Source of the DNA: Planctopirus limnophila DSM 3776
GTDB taxonomy: Bacteria; Planctomycetota; Planctomycetia; Planctomycetales; Planctomycetaceae
Assembly (NCBI RefSeq): GCF_000092105.1
Contig: NC_014148.1
Location: 4,830,001-4,862,000 of the forward strand
Length of the DNA: 32,000 nt
Direction of reading: 5' to 3'
Numbering within the stretch: the first letter of the stretch is position 1; each line of letters starts with the position of its first letter. Below are positions 1 through 8,680 of the stretch, in pieces. A program made the position numbers and the translations under genes. Under the pieces are notes generated by a model that worked only from the letters and a program-made list of their open reading frames with translations, made no database searches and was not told the origin of the DNA.

Positions 1-248
1 GGGCGCACAGCCGCCTTGTTTGTCATCATCGGCACGACCGCGAACAGCCATCAGCGAAATGGATTCTGCAGCAGAAAATTGAACATAAGCACAGGTATTC
101 TTCGTTCGAGTTCTTCCCAGCATCGTTTCCTCAGCAGCAGTTTCTGCCGGTTCAATCAATCAACTTTTCTCTCGTGAGATGGATATATTCACAGTTCCAA
201 TCCATCACCGGCATTGATTCGCACTGCAGAAGGCGGTCAGGAGATCTC

Positions 249-1115
249 ATGAAACGCATACTGATTCAGCTCGATACCGATCCTCTGGCCAGCGTGTTTG
301 ACCGGGTTGTCGCCGTCGATGCCGGCGTCGATGAGCTCTTCAGCTACGGAAGCGTTTCACCCGAAGCTGCCGTGGGCCTGACGCATGGGGCGATCTTTAC
401 CCGCAAAGTGGCTGACCTGAAATCCACCGCGATCTTTGTCGGTGGCAGCGATGTTCAAGCCGGAGAAGCGGTCTACGCCAAAGTTCTGCATTCGTTCTTC
501 GGGCCCATGCGTGTCAGTGTCATGCTCGATTCGAATGGTTCCAACACCACAGCCGCTGCAGCTGTCGCCTCTGCCGGCAAACATCTTGCACTGAAAGAGA
601 CACAAGCGGTCATTCTGGGTGGCACCGGCCCCGTGGGATTTCGAGCAGCACAACTCCTGGCTTCTCAAGGTGCGCGTGTCAAACTGGTCTCACGTCATGC
701 CGCCAAAGCCAGTGAAGCCTGCGTCCAACTGAAGCTGCTGGAACTTCCGGGAACCGTTTCGCCGCATGTCTCGACCAGTTTTGAGGAGACGATCGCTCTG
801 TGTGCGGGAGCGGATCTGTTAATCGCAGCCGGTGCAGCTGGGATCGAAGTGGCAGCACTCGAAGATTTGAAAGCAACCGGAATCCGGGTGGTGGTCGATG
901 TGAATGCCGTTCCGCCCTTGGGAGTTCGAGGCGTTGAATCCACCGATAAAGCCAAAGAGCGGGAAGGGATGATCTGTTACGGCGCACTGGGTGTCGGGAA
1001 CCTCAAGATCAAGGTTCATAGAGCAGCGATCGAAAAGCTGTTTACTTCAAATGACCTGAAGCTCGATACCCAGGCCATGCTGGAAATTGCTCGCGAATTG
1101 ACAGCATTGGCCTAG
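249..1115 (+). CDS. mtdA: NAD(P)-dependent methylene-tetrahydromethanopterin / methylene-tetrahydrofolate dehydrogenase (MtdA/MtdC family)
   Basis: The ORF spans 174..1115. The internal ATG at 249 follows AGGAG (239-243) and gives 288 aa. It aligns by eye over its full length with Methylobacterium MtdA: LIQLDTD..SVFD, IFVGG, FGPMRVSVMLDSNGSNTTAAAAV, GGTGPVG Rossmann motif, GALGVGNLKIKVHRAAIEKLF. Confidence 0.85.
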   Translation: MKRILIQLDTDPLASVFDRVVAVDAGVDELFSYGSVSPEAAVGLTHGAIFTRKVADLKSTAIFVGGSDVQAGEAVYAKVLHSFFGPMRVSVMLDSNGSNTTAAAAVASAGKHLALKETQAVILGGTGPVGFRAAQLLASQGARVKLVSRHAAKASEACVQLKLLELPGTVSPHVSTSFEETIALCAGADLLIAAGAAGIEVAALEDLKATGIRVVVDVNAVPPLGVRGVESTDKAKEREGMICYGALGVGNLKIKVHRAAIEKLFTSNDLKLDTQAMLEIARELTALA

Positions 1116-1119
1116 CGAT

Positions 1120-2742
1120 TCAACTCGGCTCCAGAGACGTCCACTGCTCTCGAAGCTCTTTGGCACGCTGTGCGATTTCTTGAAGTTCCAGTTCGGTCTT
1201 CCGATCCACGTTCTTCAGCTGCATCGCCATCCGCTGATTCCCGCGCAATTGTTCCCGATGACGCGAAAGAAAATCCCAGTAAAAGGTGGTGATCGGGCAA
1301 GCGTCTTTCCCTGTCGATTTCTTGGGATCGAACTGGCAGCTCTGACAGAAGTTACTCATCCGGCTGATGTAAGCACCCGTGGCACAATAAGGCTTGGTAC
1401 CGACAATTCCACCATCACCAAACTGACTCATCCCGAGTGTGTTCGGCAACGACACCCAGTCAATGGCATCCAGGTACATCGCCATATGCCACTGATGAAA
1501 CTGATAAGGATGAGCACCAAAGGTCTGAGAAAGATTGCCCAGCACCATCAGCCGATGGATATGATGGGCATACCCATGCTTGAGCACATGGCTCATCGAT
1601 TCACGCACACAGACCATCTCCGTCTGGCCATCCCAGAAGAACGAGGGCAACGGTTGCTGATGTTCAAAGAAGTTCAGTTCCGCATATCGGGGCATATGGC
1701 TCCAGTAAATGCCGCGAATGAACTCACGCCAGCCAAGAATTTGCCGCACAAATCCCTCAGTACTCGCCAGATCGACATGGCCCGCCTGATAAGCCTCCAC
1801 GGCCACCTGCACACATTCCCGCGGATTGAGCAGTTTGACATTGAGATAAACCGATAGCCGGGAGTGATGCAGAGTGGCCTCTCCCGTCCACATCGCATCT
1901 TCATATCGACCAAATCGCGGGAGATGGTGCCTGACAAAATGCTTGAGGAGTTTCAGTGCATCGACCCGTGTCACCGCTAACGTTTCATCAAACACCTCCC
2001 CGGGGTTCGATGGAAACCTGGCACGCACCAGGTCAGTCACTTCTTGAGTGATTGTATCAGCGGAGAACTTAAGCGGAGCTGGCAACTTGCCCGGCCCGCT
2101 CGAACCAAAGCTCTCACGATTCTCATGATCGAAGTTCCATTGCCCACCTTCCGGCTGTCCTGCTTCATCAACCAGAATCTGATGTTTCTTTCGCATCTCG
2201 CGATAGAAGTATTCGAGAATCAGCTTCTTCTTGCCTGAGGCGAACTTTTGAAAGTCCATATGCGTGGCAAAGAAGTGCGTATCGTCGAGATACGTCAGTG
2301 GGACACCCAATTTCTGGGCCGCAGCTTCGAGTCGCTGCTTGACCCGCCAATCTCCGGGTTCGACAACCACCAGTTCCCTGATCCCAACCTCATGGGCATC
2401 ACGCAACAGTAAGTCCGTGAATGTCTGCCCTTCATCCTTCGCCGGATCCTGGTTCATCTCGCGATAGTGCACACGAAACTTTTTCGCTCGCAGTTCATCA
2501 CGAAAATGCCGCATGGCTGAAAAGAAGAACGTGATTCGCAGTCGATGACACCAGATCTGCTCGACCTCTTCCGGTGTTTCGGCCATCCAGAGAATGTCCG
2601 TCTCAGGGCAATACTGCGAAAAGATAGCGGAGTTTACATCGAGCTGATCGCCCAGAATGATCAGGAAGCGATGAGCCCCCGGAGGCGGCGTGTGACTGAC
2701 GGCAGACCGGCGCGGCATATCATGACCCTGAAAATGGCTCAC
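1120..2742 (-). CDS. Iron-sulfur cryptochrome/photolyase family protein (FeS-BCP; PhrB/CryB-like (6-4) photolyase)
   Basis: 540-aa ORF of the deoxyribodipyrimidine photolyase-related type. Its C-terminal Cys set (MVCVRES ... YCATGAYISRMSNFCQSC ... DACPITTFYWDF) fits the 4-Cys [4Fe-4S] signature of the FeS-BCP clade. It converges on mtdA with only 4 nt between the stop codons. Confidence 0.8.
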   Translation of the reverse strand: MSHFQGHDMPRRSAVSHTPPPGAHRFLIILGDQLDVNSAIFSQYCPETDILWMAETPEEVEQIWCHRLRITFFFSAMRHFRDELRAKKFRVHYREMNQDPAKDEGQTFTDLLLRDAHEVGIRELVVVEPGDWRVKQRLEAAAQKLGVPLTYLDDTHFFATHMDFQKFASGKKKLILEYFYREMRKKHQILVDEAGQPEGGQWNFDHENRESFGSSGPGKLPAPLKFSADTITQEVTDLVRARFPSNPGEVFDETLAVTRVDALKLLKHFVRHHLPRFGRYEDAMWTGEATLHHSRLSVYLNVKLLNPRECVQVAVEAYQAGHVDLASTEGFVRQILGWREFIRGIYWSHMPRYAELNFFEHQQPLPSFFWDGQTEMVCVRESMSHVLKHGYAHHIHRLMVLGNLSQTFGAHPYQFHQWHMAMYLDAIDWVSLPNTLGMSQFGDGGIVGTKPYCATGAYISRMSNFCQSCQFDPKKSTGKDACPITTFYWDFLSRHREQLRGNQRMAMQLKNVDRKTELELQEIAQRAKELREQWTSLEPS

Positions 2743-2995
2743 CTCTCGAACCGGCAGATCATCTCATCAAACAATGACAGTGCGGCTGAGCGATGATCCA
2801 GCGGGGCAGGCAACCCCGATTCAGGGAATGGTAGATCGATGATGGTCACTGACAACCTGGCGACCATGAGCCGAATGCTGGTTTTATCGGCATCAATAAG
2901 CCAGGCGGGTATTCACACTGCCTCTGCAAGTAACAGCAACGCGAGGACACATCTTCCAATCATCTGATGCTGCTATCGAAAGCTCGCCAGCAGCC

Positions 2996-3187
2996 TCAGG
3001 CCATTTCACTCAGCGAATCGTAACCCAGATAAACAATCACGGCGGCAGAGAGCAGGAAGAGCACATCGAACACGACATTCCCGCCAAAGGGCATGCCAAT
3101 AATCAGATCGAGAATGGCAGCCAGACCCACCAGCCCGCAGGCGGCAAATGAAGCGTAGATGATCTTCTTGGGCATACTCAAAGCCAT
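2996..3187 (-). CDS. Small hydrophobic membrane protein (63 aa, two predicted TM helices), function unknown
   Basis: ATG start at 3187 with GGAAGG about 12 nt upstream. The product has two clear hydrophobic segments (IIYASFAACGLVGLAAILDLII and VVFDVLFLLSAAVIVYL). I recognise no homology. Confidence 0.45.
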   Translation of the reverse strand: MALSMPKKIIYASFAACGLVGLAAILDLIIGMPFGGNVVFDVLFLLSAAVIVYLGYDSLSEMA

Positions 3188-3604
3188 ATTGATGCCGACC
3201 TTCCAGAATCACTTTGCCATGTGGGAGATGCAACCAGAGGTTACGCTGAAAAAATAGGAGTGCTGGTGGAACAGTACCCATTCACAGAATAGCCCATGTT
3301 TCCTGACTTCTTAATTAGAGTATAAGGTGAGACAACGGGCTGACGCCAGAGCAGGCCCCGTTGACGAGCCGTAACAGCTCTGCTGCAGGGCGAGTTCGAC
3401 GAAAGAGAGGAATAATCCGCCCTTCACCGCACTCCGACACCTCATTGATACATGATCGCTTGTATATATTCAATCAGGGGTTTCCAGGAGACAAAAGTCG
3501 TCACGAGCACACAACAGTCTCGATGACTATAATCCGACGGTATCTTCCGTACAGTAGATGGATGGGGGCGATCTTTGGCTCAGGTTGTCCTCTGAGGAAC
3601 CAGT

Positions 3605-4501
3605 ATGTCGAGTGTCCTGACAGAATCGTGGAGCACCGTGACCAGGCTGTTGGGGTTGATCCGCTTCAGCCACACGGTCTTTGCTTTGCCGTTTGCTCTT
3701 CTGGCAGCAATTCTCGCCTGGCAAACGCCCGGCATCACTTTTCGCTGGCAGGATCTGGCTGGCATTTTACTTTGCATGGTCTTCGCACGCTCCGCAGCGA
3801 TGGCTTTCAATCGCTGGATTGATCAGGACATCGATGCACTGAATCCACGGACGGCAGGTCGTCATCTTCCGGCAGGGTTACTTTCCAATGCCGCCGTGCT
3901 GCTTTTCACCGTGATTTGTTCGATTGGTTTTGTCCTTTCCACACTTTGCTTCTGGCCCAATTGGCTACCTCTGGCACTTTCTCTCCCTGTGCTGATCTTT
4001 CTGCTGGGGTATTCACTGGCGAAGCGATTTACGGTGTTGTGCCATTACTGGCTATCGGCTGCGCTCATGCTTTCACCCATTGCCGCCTGGATTGCCCTGA
4101 CAGGCCGGGTGGATGCTCCACCCCTGTGGATGGCAGCGATCCTGTTCTTTTGGGTCGGTGGTTTCGACTTGCTTTATGCCTGCCAGGATGCCGATTTTGA
4201 TCGACAGAAGGGTCTTTTCAGTATCCCGGGCCGCTGGGGCATTCCGGCAGCTTTGAAGCTGGCTGCCGCGAGCCATCTGATCGTGGTGCTCTGCCTGTTT
4301 GGCCTCTGGTGGAGTGCTGGATTTGGAATGATCTTTCTCGTGGGGATCGCCTGTATTTCGCTCTTGCTGATCTATGAGCATGCGATTGTCAGCCCAAAGA
4401 ATCTTTCGCGAGTTAATGAGGCGTTTTTCCAGGTGAATGCCGTAATCAGCCTCGGAATTCTGGGTCTCGCCATTCTTGACCGATGGATCAGCCCTGTTTG
4501 A
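3605..4501 (+). CDS. UbiA-family aromatic prenyltransferase (4-hydroxybenzoate polyprenyltransferase-like; possibly menaquinone MqnP-type)
   Basis: 298 aa and polytopic. It carries the first Asp-rich UbiA motif NRWIDQDIDALNPRTAGRHLPAG and a second Asp-rich stretch, YACQDADFDRQKG. GAGGA lies 8 nt upstream of the ATG. Confidence 0.85.
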   Translation: MSSVLTESWSTVTRLLGLIRFSHTVFALPFALLAAILAWQTPGITFRWQDLAGILLCMVFARSAAMAFNRWIDQDIDALNPRTAGRHLPAGLLSNAAVLLFTVICSIGFVLSTLCFWPNWLPLALSLPVLIFLLGYSLAKRFTVLCHYWLSAALMLSPIAAWIALTGRVDAPPLWMAAILFFWVGGFDLLYACQDADFDRQKGLFSIPGRWGIPAALKLAAASHLIVVLCLFGLWWSAGFGMIFLVGIACISLLLIYEHAIVSPKNLSRVNEAFFQVNAVISLGILGLAILDRWISPV

Positions 4502-4929
4502 TTCATAGATGATATCTCTGAGGCAGAACGAAATGCCGTGAGACATCCTGTTGTTCGCATTGTCGGGGCGTTCCTGTGCATTATTGAGACACAATGCCAA
4601 TCGTCTGGAATTGCATGAAAAAATCTCTGCGGACTGAATTTCAACTTGAGAAATCTTTCGAGAGTTCATGAGCCCAACATGGCGAAGAAACTGCGCGCGA
4701 CCTAAAATCTGCTAATTAATTCGCTTTCCATGTAACGACAGCGCTCTGTGTGCCATGCTTGCAGCTCTGGGCAAGCATGTCTTCGCGACCAACAACGCGC
4801 AGTTGTTTCCTGAGAGCCGTTTAACAAGCCCTTTGCCAACATGCTTTACGAGCCGGATCAACCTGCTGAATGCCTCGAGAGAGGAGTGATCAGGTGGGCC
4901 GCTTCCACAGAATTGAAAGAGGATCGAAC

Positions 4930-5415
4930 ATGCAAGGTAGCCAGGCAGTCATCGATGCACTGAACGCCGGTTTGACAATCGAACTGACAGCCATCAACCA
5001 GTACTTCGTTCAGGCCAAAATGTGTGCCAACTGGGGCCTGCACAAACTGGCCAAAAAGCACTACGAAGAGTCGATTGGTGAAATGCGTCATGCCGAGAAG
5101 CTGATTGACCGCATTCTGTATCTCGAAGGGATCCCTGAAATCGCCCGCTACGACGTGATCCGCCCGGGGACGAATGTGGAAGAACAGTTCAAGTTCGACC
5201 TCGAACTCGAATCCAAAGGCGTGAAGACCTACAACGAAGCGGTCGAAGTTTGTATGGCCGAGAAAGATCACGGCAGCCGCGAAATCATCGCCCCGATCCT
5301 CGTGGAATCAGAAGGCCATGTCGACTGGCTGGAATCCCAGATTGATCTCATCAGCAAGATGGGCATCCAGCACTATCTCGCCCAGATGATCGGCGAATTC
5401 CCCGAAGAGCATTAA
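4930..5415 (+). CDS. bfr: Bacterioferritin
   Basis: The ORF spans 4870..5415. The internal ATG at 4930 follows AAAGAGGA. The 161-aa product matches Bfr end to end (MQGSQAVIDALN..LT.ELTAINQYF.QAKM..NWG...LAK..Y.ES..EM.HAE.LI.RIL.LEG), including the heme-ligand Met context and the di-iron E/H residues. Confidence 0.9.
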   Translation: MQGSQAVIDALNAGLTIELTAINQYFVQAKMCANWGLHKLAKKHYEESIGEMRHAEKLIDRILYLEGIPEIARYDVIRPGTNVEEQFKFDLELESKGVKTYNEAVEVCMAEKDHGSREIIAPILVESEGHVDWLESQIDLISKMGIQHYLAQMIGEFPEEH

Positions 5416-5455
5416 TTCAGCTCTTGCATCATTCAGCACTGCAGGATCATGTATC

Positions 5456-5500
5456 AACGGGTCGAGAATGCATTCCCTGCGTTCTCGACCCGTTTTGTTT
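5456..5500 (+). terminator. Rho-independent terminator downstream of bfr
   Basis: Perfect 13-bp stem AACGGGTCGAGAA (5456-5468) / TTCTCGACCCGTT (5482-5494) with a 13-nt loop, followed by a T-rich tail TTGTTT. It lies between the convergent genes bfr and 5539..6573. Confidence 0.75.
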
Positions 5501-5538
5501 CATGTAGTGCTCATCTTTCGACACCCACTCGCCAAAGT

Positions 5539-6573
5539 TTATGCACCTGACGGCGGGGGTGGAGGGTCTTTCTCGACTTGTGGTTCAGTCTCAATCTGAA
5601 AATCAGGTACAACGGGAAGAGGTGCTGGCTCCGCAGCCGGTGAGGCGAAGTTTTCCAGGTTTGAACCAAAAGTCAGCCTGGGTGCATCTGTCGTTTCATC
5701 CGGGGAACTAAAGTATTGAGGCTTGGTGGCGACCTTTCTCGAAGCCGGCGCCAGAGCACGGCGTACCATCATGAAGCCCAACCCGATGGTGATCGCGAAT
5801 CCAAACCCATAGATCCAATAAATCGTCGGATCCTGTGCCTCCTCAGCCATTTTCCGGCGAACCTTCTCAATAGGTGCCAGCTTGATGCGGCCAATCAGCA
5901 GCGGTGCTCCACGTTTCACGTCGTAGGTTTTGTAGGCCATGATTTTCAAGAAGTAACCCGCGAAGTCGATATCTGCCCAGACTTCCGGGCCGATCGGCAA
6001 ACCGGCTGGCTTTTGAGTAAAGACAATCACATAAGGGTAAGACTGCGAATCATCGGTGATCCCCCATGCCTCATAGACTTTTTTGATTCCCTGTGGGTTC
6101 TCAGGAGCATCGAACTCCAGGACACGTCGGACATGAACTCGCATCCGCAAAGGCTGCGTGCGAAATTTATCCGGCTGCTCCCACAGTTGAGAGAATGTTA
6201 CCTTCTTCGATCGAGTCCATAGCTCATCGAAAGTTTGAGAGTTAGCCCATGCCACCAGCCGCCAGTAGAGCGGCATCTCCCGCGGACGAAGTTCCAGCTT
6301 GTCTTTGAGCAATTCTTCGAGACGATGGAACTCGGCGACTTCGGCCTCATCCTGATCATTAGGCGCAGGAACAACCTGTTCCTTTTCCTCGACATCCCCG
6401 GGGCCCACGACTTCGGCTGTTGCCGGAAGGTTATCTTTTTCCAGCCACCGCCAACGCAGTGGCTGACGGATCGTATCGTACATCACCCATAGGATGACGA
6501 GCACCAGCAGCAGCGAAAAGACCCTGTTACCAGGGATCGACATGCCAAAGGGATGGATGATTCGCCTTGCCAC
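5539..6573 (-). CDS. Hypothetical two-TM membrane protein with Pro-rich C-terminal tail; last gene of the exbB-exbD-exbD operon
   Basis: GTG start at 6573 preceded by GAGGTGA at 5-nt spacing. It has an N-terminal TM (VFSLLLVLVILWVMY), a soluble domain of about 230 aa, a second TM (IYWIYGFGFAITIGLGFMMV), and a tail rich in P/E/A that ends PPPPPSGA. I recognise no family. Confidence 0.7.
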   Translation of the reverse strand: MARRIIHPFGMSIPGNRVFSLLLVLVILWVMYDTIRQPLRWRWLEKDNLPATAEVVGPGDVEEKEQVVPAPNDQDEAEVAEFHRLEELLKDKLELRPREMPLYWRLVAWANSQTFDELWTRSKKVTFSQLWEQPDKFRTQPLRMRVHVRRVLEFDAPENPQGIKKVYEAWGITDDSQSYPYVIVFTQKPAGLPIGPEVWADIDFAGYFLKIMAYKTYDVKRGAPLLIGRIKLAPIEKVRRKMAEEAQDPTIYWIYGFGFAITIGLGFMMVRRALAPASRKVATKPQYFSSPDETTDAPRLTFGSNLENFASPAAEPAPLPVVPDFQIETEPQVEKDPPPPPSGA

Positions 6574-6640
6574 AATTCACCTCGCTCAAATTCTGTCGAG
6601 GTGTCTCCCCGTCAGAACGCCGCACGTTCTGAGCTGTCAA

Positions 6641-7156
6641 TCACTTCGTTTTTTCGACAAAGCTCACCTTGCTGAGCTGAGTTCCATCGGGAAGCGTTTG
6701 GATTGTGCACAGATCGACGATCTTCATCAGCTCTTCGTAGCGTAACTGGCTATCGACATGGAGCTGCACTTTATCGAAGGACGTTGTCCCGGATGAAAGT
6801 AACGACTTCAGTTGCTCTCCCAAGACATCGGCTGCTGCCGGTGTAAAGGGGCCTTGAATAATCGTTCTCAGCCCGGTTTTTACTCCGACGAGCTGACCAG
6901 CCGCATCACTCTCCAGATAGATGTTCAGCGTCTGAAGATCGGGTGGAATCCCCCCACTGTCTGTGGAAGGTTTGATCTTCTCTGTTTCCATCTGCGTCAC
7001 AGGTGTCGGGGGCGGCATCTGCAGTTGCAGATGTCCTTCCACCGGACTGGGACGAAACGTGAGAATAAAAAATGCCAGCAGCTGAAATGCCATATCCAGC
7101 ATCGCTGCCATATTGAGTTCAACAGTTCCTGGCCCGCGCTGTTTTCTCTTTCGCAT
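6641..7156 (-). CDS. exbD: Biopolymer transport protein ExbD/TolR (second copy)
   Basis: N-terminal ExbD signature ELNMAAMLDMAFQLLAFFILTF. The start lies 1 nt after the upstream exbD stop, suggesting translational coupling. Confidence 0.85.
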   Translation of the reverse strand: MRKRKQRGPGTVELNMAAMLDMAFQLLAFFILTFRPSPVEGHLQLQMPPPTPVTQMETEKIKPSTDSGGIPPDLQTLNIYLESDAAGQLVGVKTGLRTIIQGPFTPAAADVLGEQLKSLLSSGTTSFDKVQLHVDSQLRYEELMKIVDLCTIQTLPDGTQLSKVSFVEKTK

Positions 7157-7157
7157 C

Positions 7158-7613
7158 TTATCGTCCCTCCTGCTTACTCATGGCACTGAGGGCAAAACTG
7201 CGGAAGCCATTCTTCTGGCAAGTCCGAATAATCTCGTTGATTGTCGAGAACGGTATCGAATGATCGGCCCGAATGATGATGGGTGTCGTCAATTCATCGG
7301 AGGCTTTCTTGCCGGAAACACCCTCCTGTTGCAACTTCTGCAGGCGAGCTTCCTGTGCGATGAATTTCTCAGGGTCGATCAGTTCGCCATAAGACTTCAC
7401 AGTTCCATCTTCGGCTATGTTGAGAGTGATCGGCTCGTTATGACCAATGTATTCCAGTGGCCGCGCTGAACCTAAAACAGGCAACCTCAAAGAGAGATCC
7501 AGAGCCGCACCCTTAAAATTAATCACCAGCATGAAAAAGGTGATCAACTGAAAGACCATATCCAGAATGGGCGTCAGATTGGGCTCGTAACCTTCGCCAG
7601 AATGCCCCGACAT
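7158..7613 (-). CDS. exbD: Biopolymer transport protein ExbD/TolR (first copy)
   Basis: 151 aa with the ExbD signature NLTPILDMVFQLITFFMLVINF and a periplasmic alpha/beta domain of typical length. Confidence 0.85.
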   Translation of the reverse strand: MSGHSGEGYEPNLTPILDMVFQLITFFMLVINFKGAALDLSLRLPVLGSARPLEYIGHNEPITLNIAEDGTVKSYGELIDPEKFIAQEARLQKLQQEGVSGKKASDELTTPIIIRADHSIPFSTINEIIRTCQKNGFRSFALSAMSKQEGR

Positions 7614-7689
7614 GCACTGACCCTTCCCGAACGACGCTTAACGGCCTTAACCACTTGAGACTGACTGGCACCCACCTTTGAATCGATCG

Positions 7690-8496
7690 CTACGTCGTGG
7701 CAGCAGGTCGAGAAGACGCCGTATTCTGAATGCGACGAATCAATTCATTGGCGGCACTGACAGCACCCAGGCTCAGTGTCGCTACACGGTTACGAAACAG
7801 CGCGAAGAAGAAGATCGCCGGAACAGAGAGCGCCACTCCTTCGAACGTAATCAGAAGTGCCTCAGAAATACCGCCAGCAACTTCACTGGCTTTCATCTGA
7901 GTTTCCGACATGGCAATCACGCTGAAGCTCGCGATCATCCCTTTCAACGTACCCAGCAATCCAATCAGCGGCCCCAGTGAGCCAATCACTGCCAGCATGC
8001 TGATTTGCTTTTCCATCTCCACAGCCACCAGCTCCCCGTGTCGATCAATACTGTCTCGCGCTTCGGCCAGACCTCCATTGAGAGAGGTAATCCCATTGGC
8101 AACCAGCATTCCCAGTTCGCTGTCGCTTTCTTTGGCTGTCCGGTAGATCCCTTGATAGTCTCGCTTATTCAGCATTTCACCCCACTCTTCAAGCAGATCC
8201 TCCGGCATGATGTTCTGTGGCCTGAGCCTCATGAAGAGTTGCGTAATCTTGGCCACGAGATAAATCGACATCACAAAGAGCACAAAACCAATCCAGCCCG
8301 AGGTATGGATCAGCCAGGCTAGCGTTGACATCTTTTGAGCGGGTGGGTGCTCACCGGCTTCAGCAGCCGGTTTTGCAGCAGCAGCGTTTTCTTCTTGAGA
8401 AAATGCCACTTGATGAGGGAGAACGATCGTTAAGGCAATCAGAATCGCTAATGGGTAAACAAATGTGGCTGCGATTCTTCTGGTAACGAAGCTCAT
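7690..8496 (-). CDS. exbB: MotA/TolQ/ExbB proton-channel protein
   Basis: C-terminal MotA_ExbB signature LAVIGSLGPLIGLLGTLKGMIASF ... GGISEALLITFEGVALSVPAIFFF. The longest ORF starts at 8589, but I prefer ATG 8496 (MSFVTRRIAATFVYPLAILIAL...). It gives a signal-peptide-like N-terminus and has AAAGG upstream. The 8589 start sits against a palindrome rather than an RBS. Confidence 0.85.
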   Translation of the reverse strand: MSFVTRRIAATFVYPLAILIALTIVLPHQVAFSQEENAAAAKPAAEAGEHPPAQKMSTLAWLIHTSGWIGFVLFVMSIYLVAKITQLFMRLRPQNIMPEDLLEEWGEMLNKRDYQGIYRTAKESDSELGMLVANGITSLNGGLAEARDSIDRHGELVAVEMEKQISMLAVIGSLGPLIGLLGTLKGMIASFSVIAMSETQMKASEVAGGISEALLITFEGVALSVPAIFFFALFRNRVATLSLGAVSAANELIRRIQNTASSRPAATT

Positions 8497-8597
8497 GAAA
8501 GGCCTTTGGCTGTCGCTATGATGGCTGGATGTAATTTCGCGTCGATATTTCAAATCACCAATCTTCGATAGAGAATGGTGCTCAGTCATCCAGAGGA

Positions 8598-8612
8598 TTT
8601 CCTGTCAGGAAA
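8598..8612. promoter_or_regulatory. Perfect 7-1-7 palindrome TTTCCTG-T-CAGGAAA in the exbB / histidine-kinase divergent region
   Basis: Read directly from the sequence. A related half-site, CTTGTCAGGGA, recurs at 8625-8635. Confidence 0.4.
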
Positions 8613-8680
8613 AACGGTAATCTTCTTGTCAGGGAGAACACCGACATCGTCTTCCGGCGTGACTATGAGATCATCAGGTT

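Noticed and set aside
1-51. Possible 5' end of a minus-strand gene (ATG at 51..49, MAVRGRADDDKQGG...) running off the left edge.
   Set aside because: Only 17 codons are visible, which is too short to support.
174-248. Upstream extensions of several ORFs in the track: 174 for mtdA, 4870 for bfr, 9753 for the response regulator, 21038 for the cytochrome, 8589 for exbB, 15049 for apbE and 31859 for the sialidase-like gene.
   Set aside because: Homologous N-termini, signal-peptide positions and SD sequences support the internal starts. The extensions overlap upstream genes or add residues with no homology. Start calls remain uncertain to within these alternatives.
4073-4669. 198-aa minus-strand ORF, along with similar antisense or overlapping ORFs such as 27008..27676, 25930..26397, 20248..20916, 23484..24059, 10953..11555, 11601..12272 and 1180..1857.
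   Set aside because: All lie opposite or out of frame within genes that have strong family signatures. Their products are low-complexity or Arg/Ser/Pro-rich, as expected for shadow ORFs.
4560-4730. Fur box upstream of bfr (AT-rich stretches GCATTATTGAGACACAATGC and CTGCTAATTAATTCGC).
   Set aside because: The match to the GATAATGATAATCATTATC consensus is poor and I cannot score it reliably by eye.
5539-8589. Zorya-like (ZorAB) or flagellar stator (MotAB) interpretation of the MotA/ExbB-family gene cluster.
   Set aside because: The ExbB-type protein is short (under 300 aa, with no long coiled-coil tail). Its partners carry ExbD/TolR N-terminal motifs rather than a MotB/OmpA peptidoglycan-binding domain. 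No ZorC/ZorD-like genes are present.
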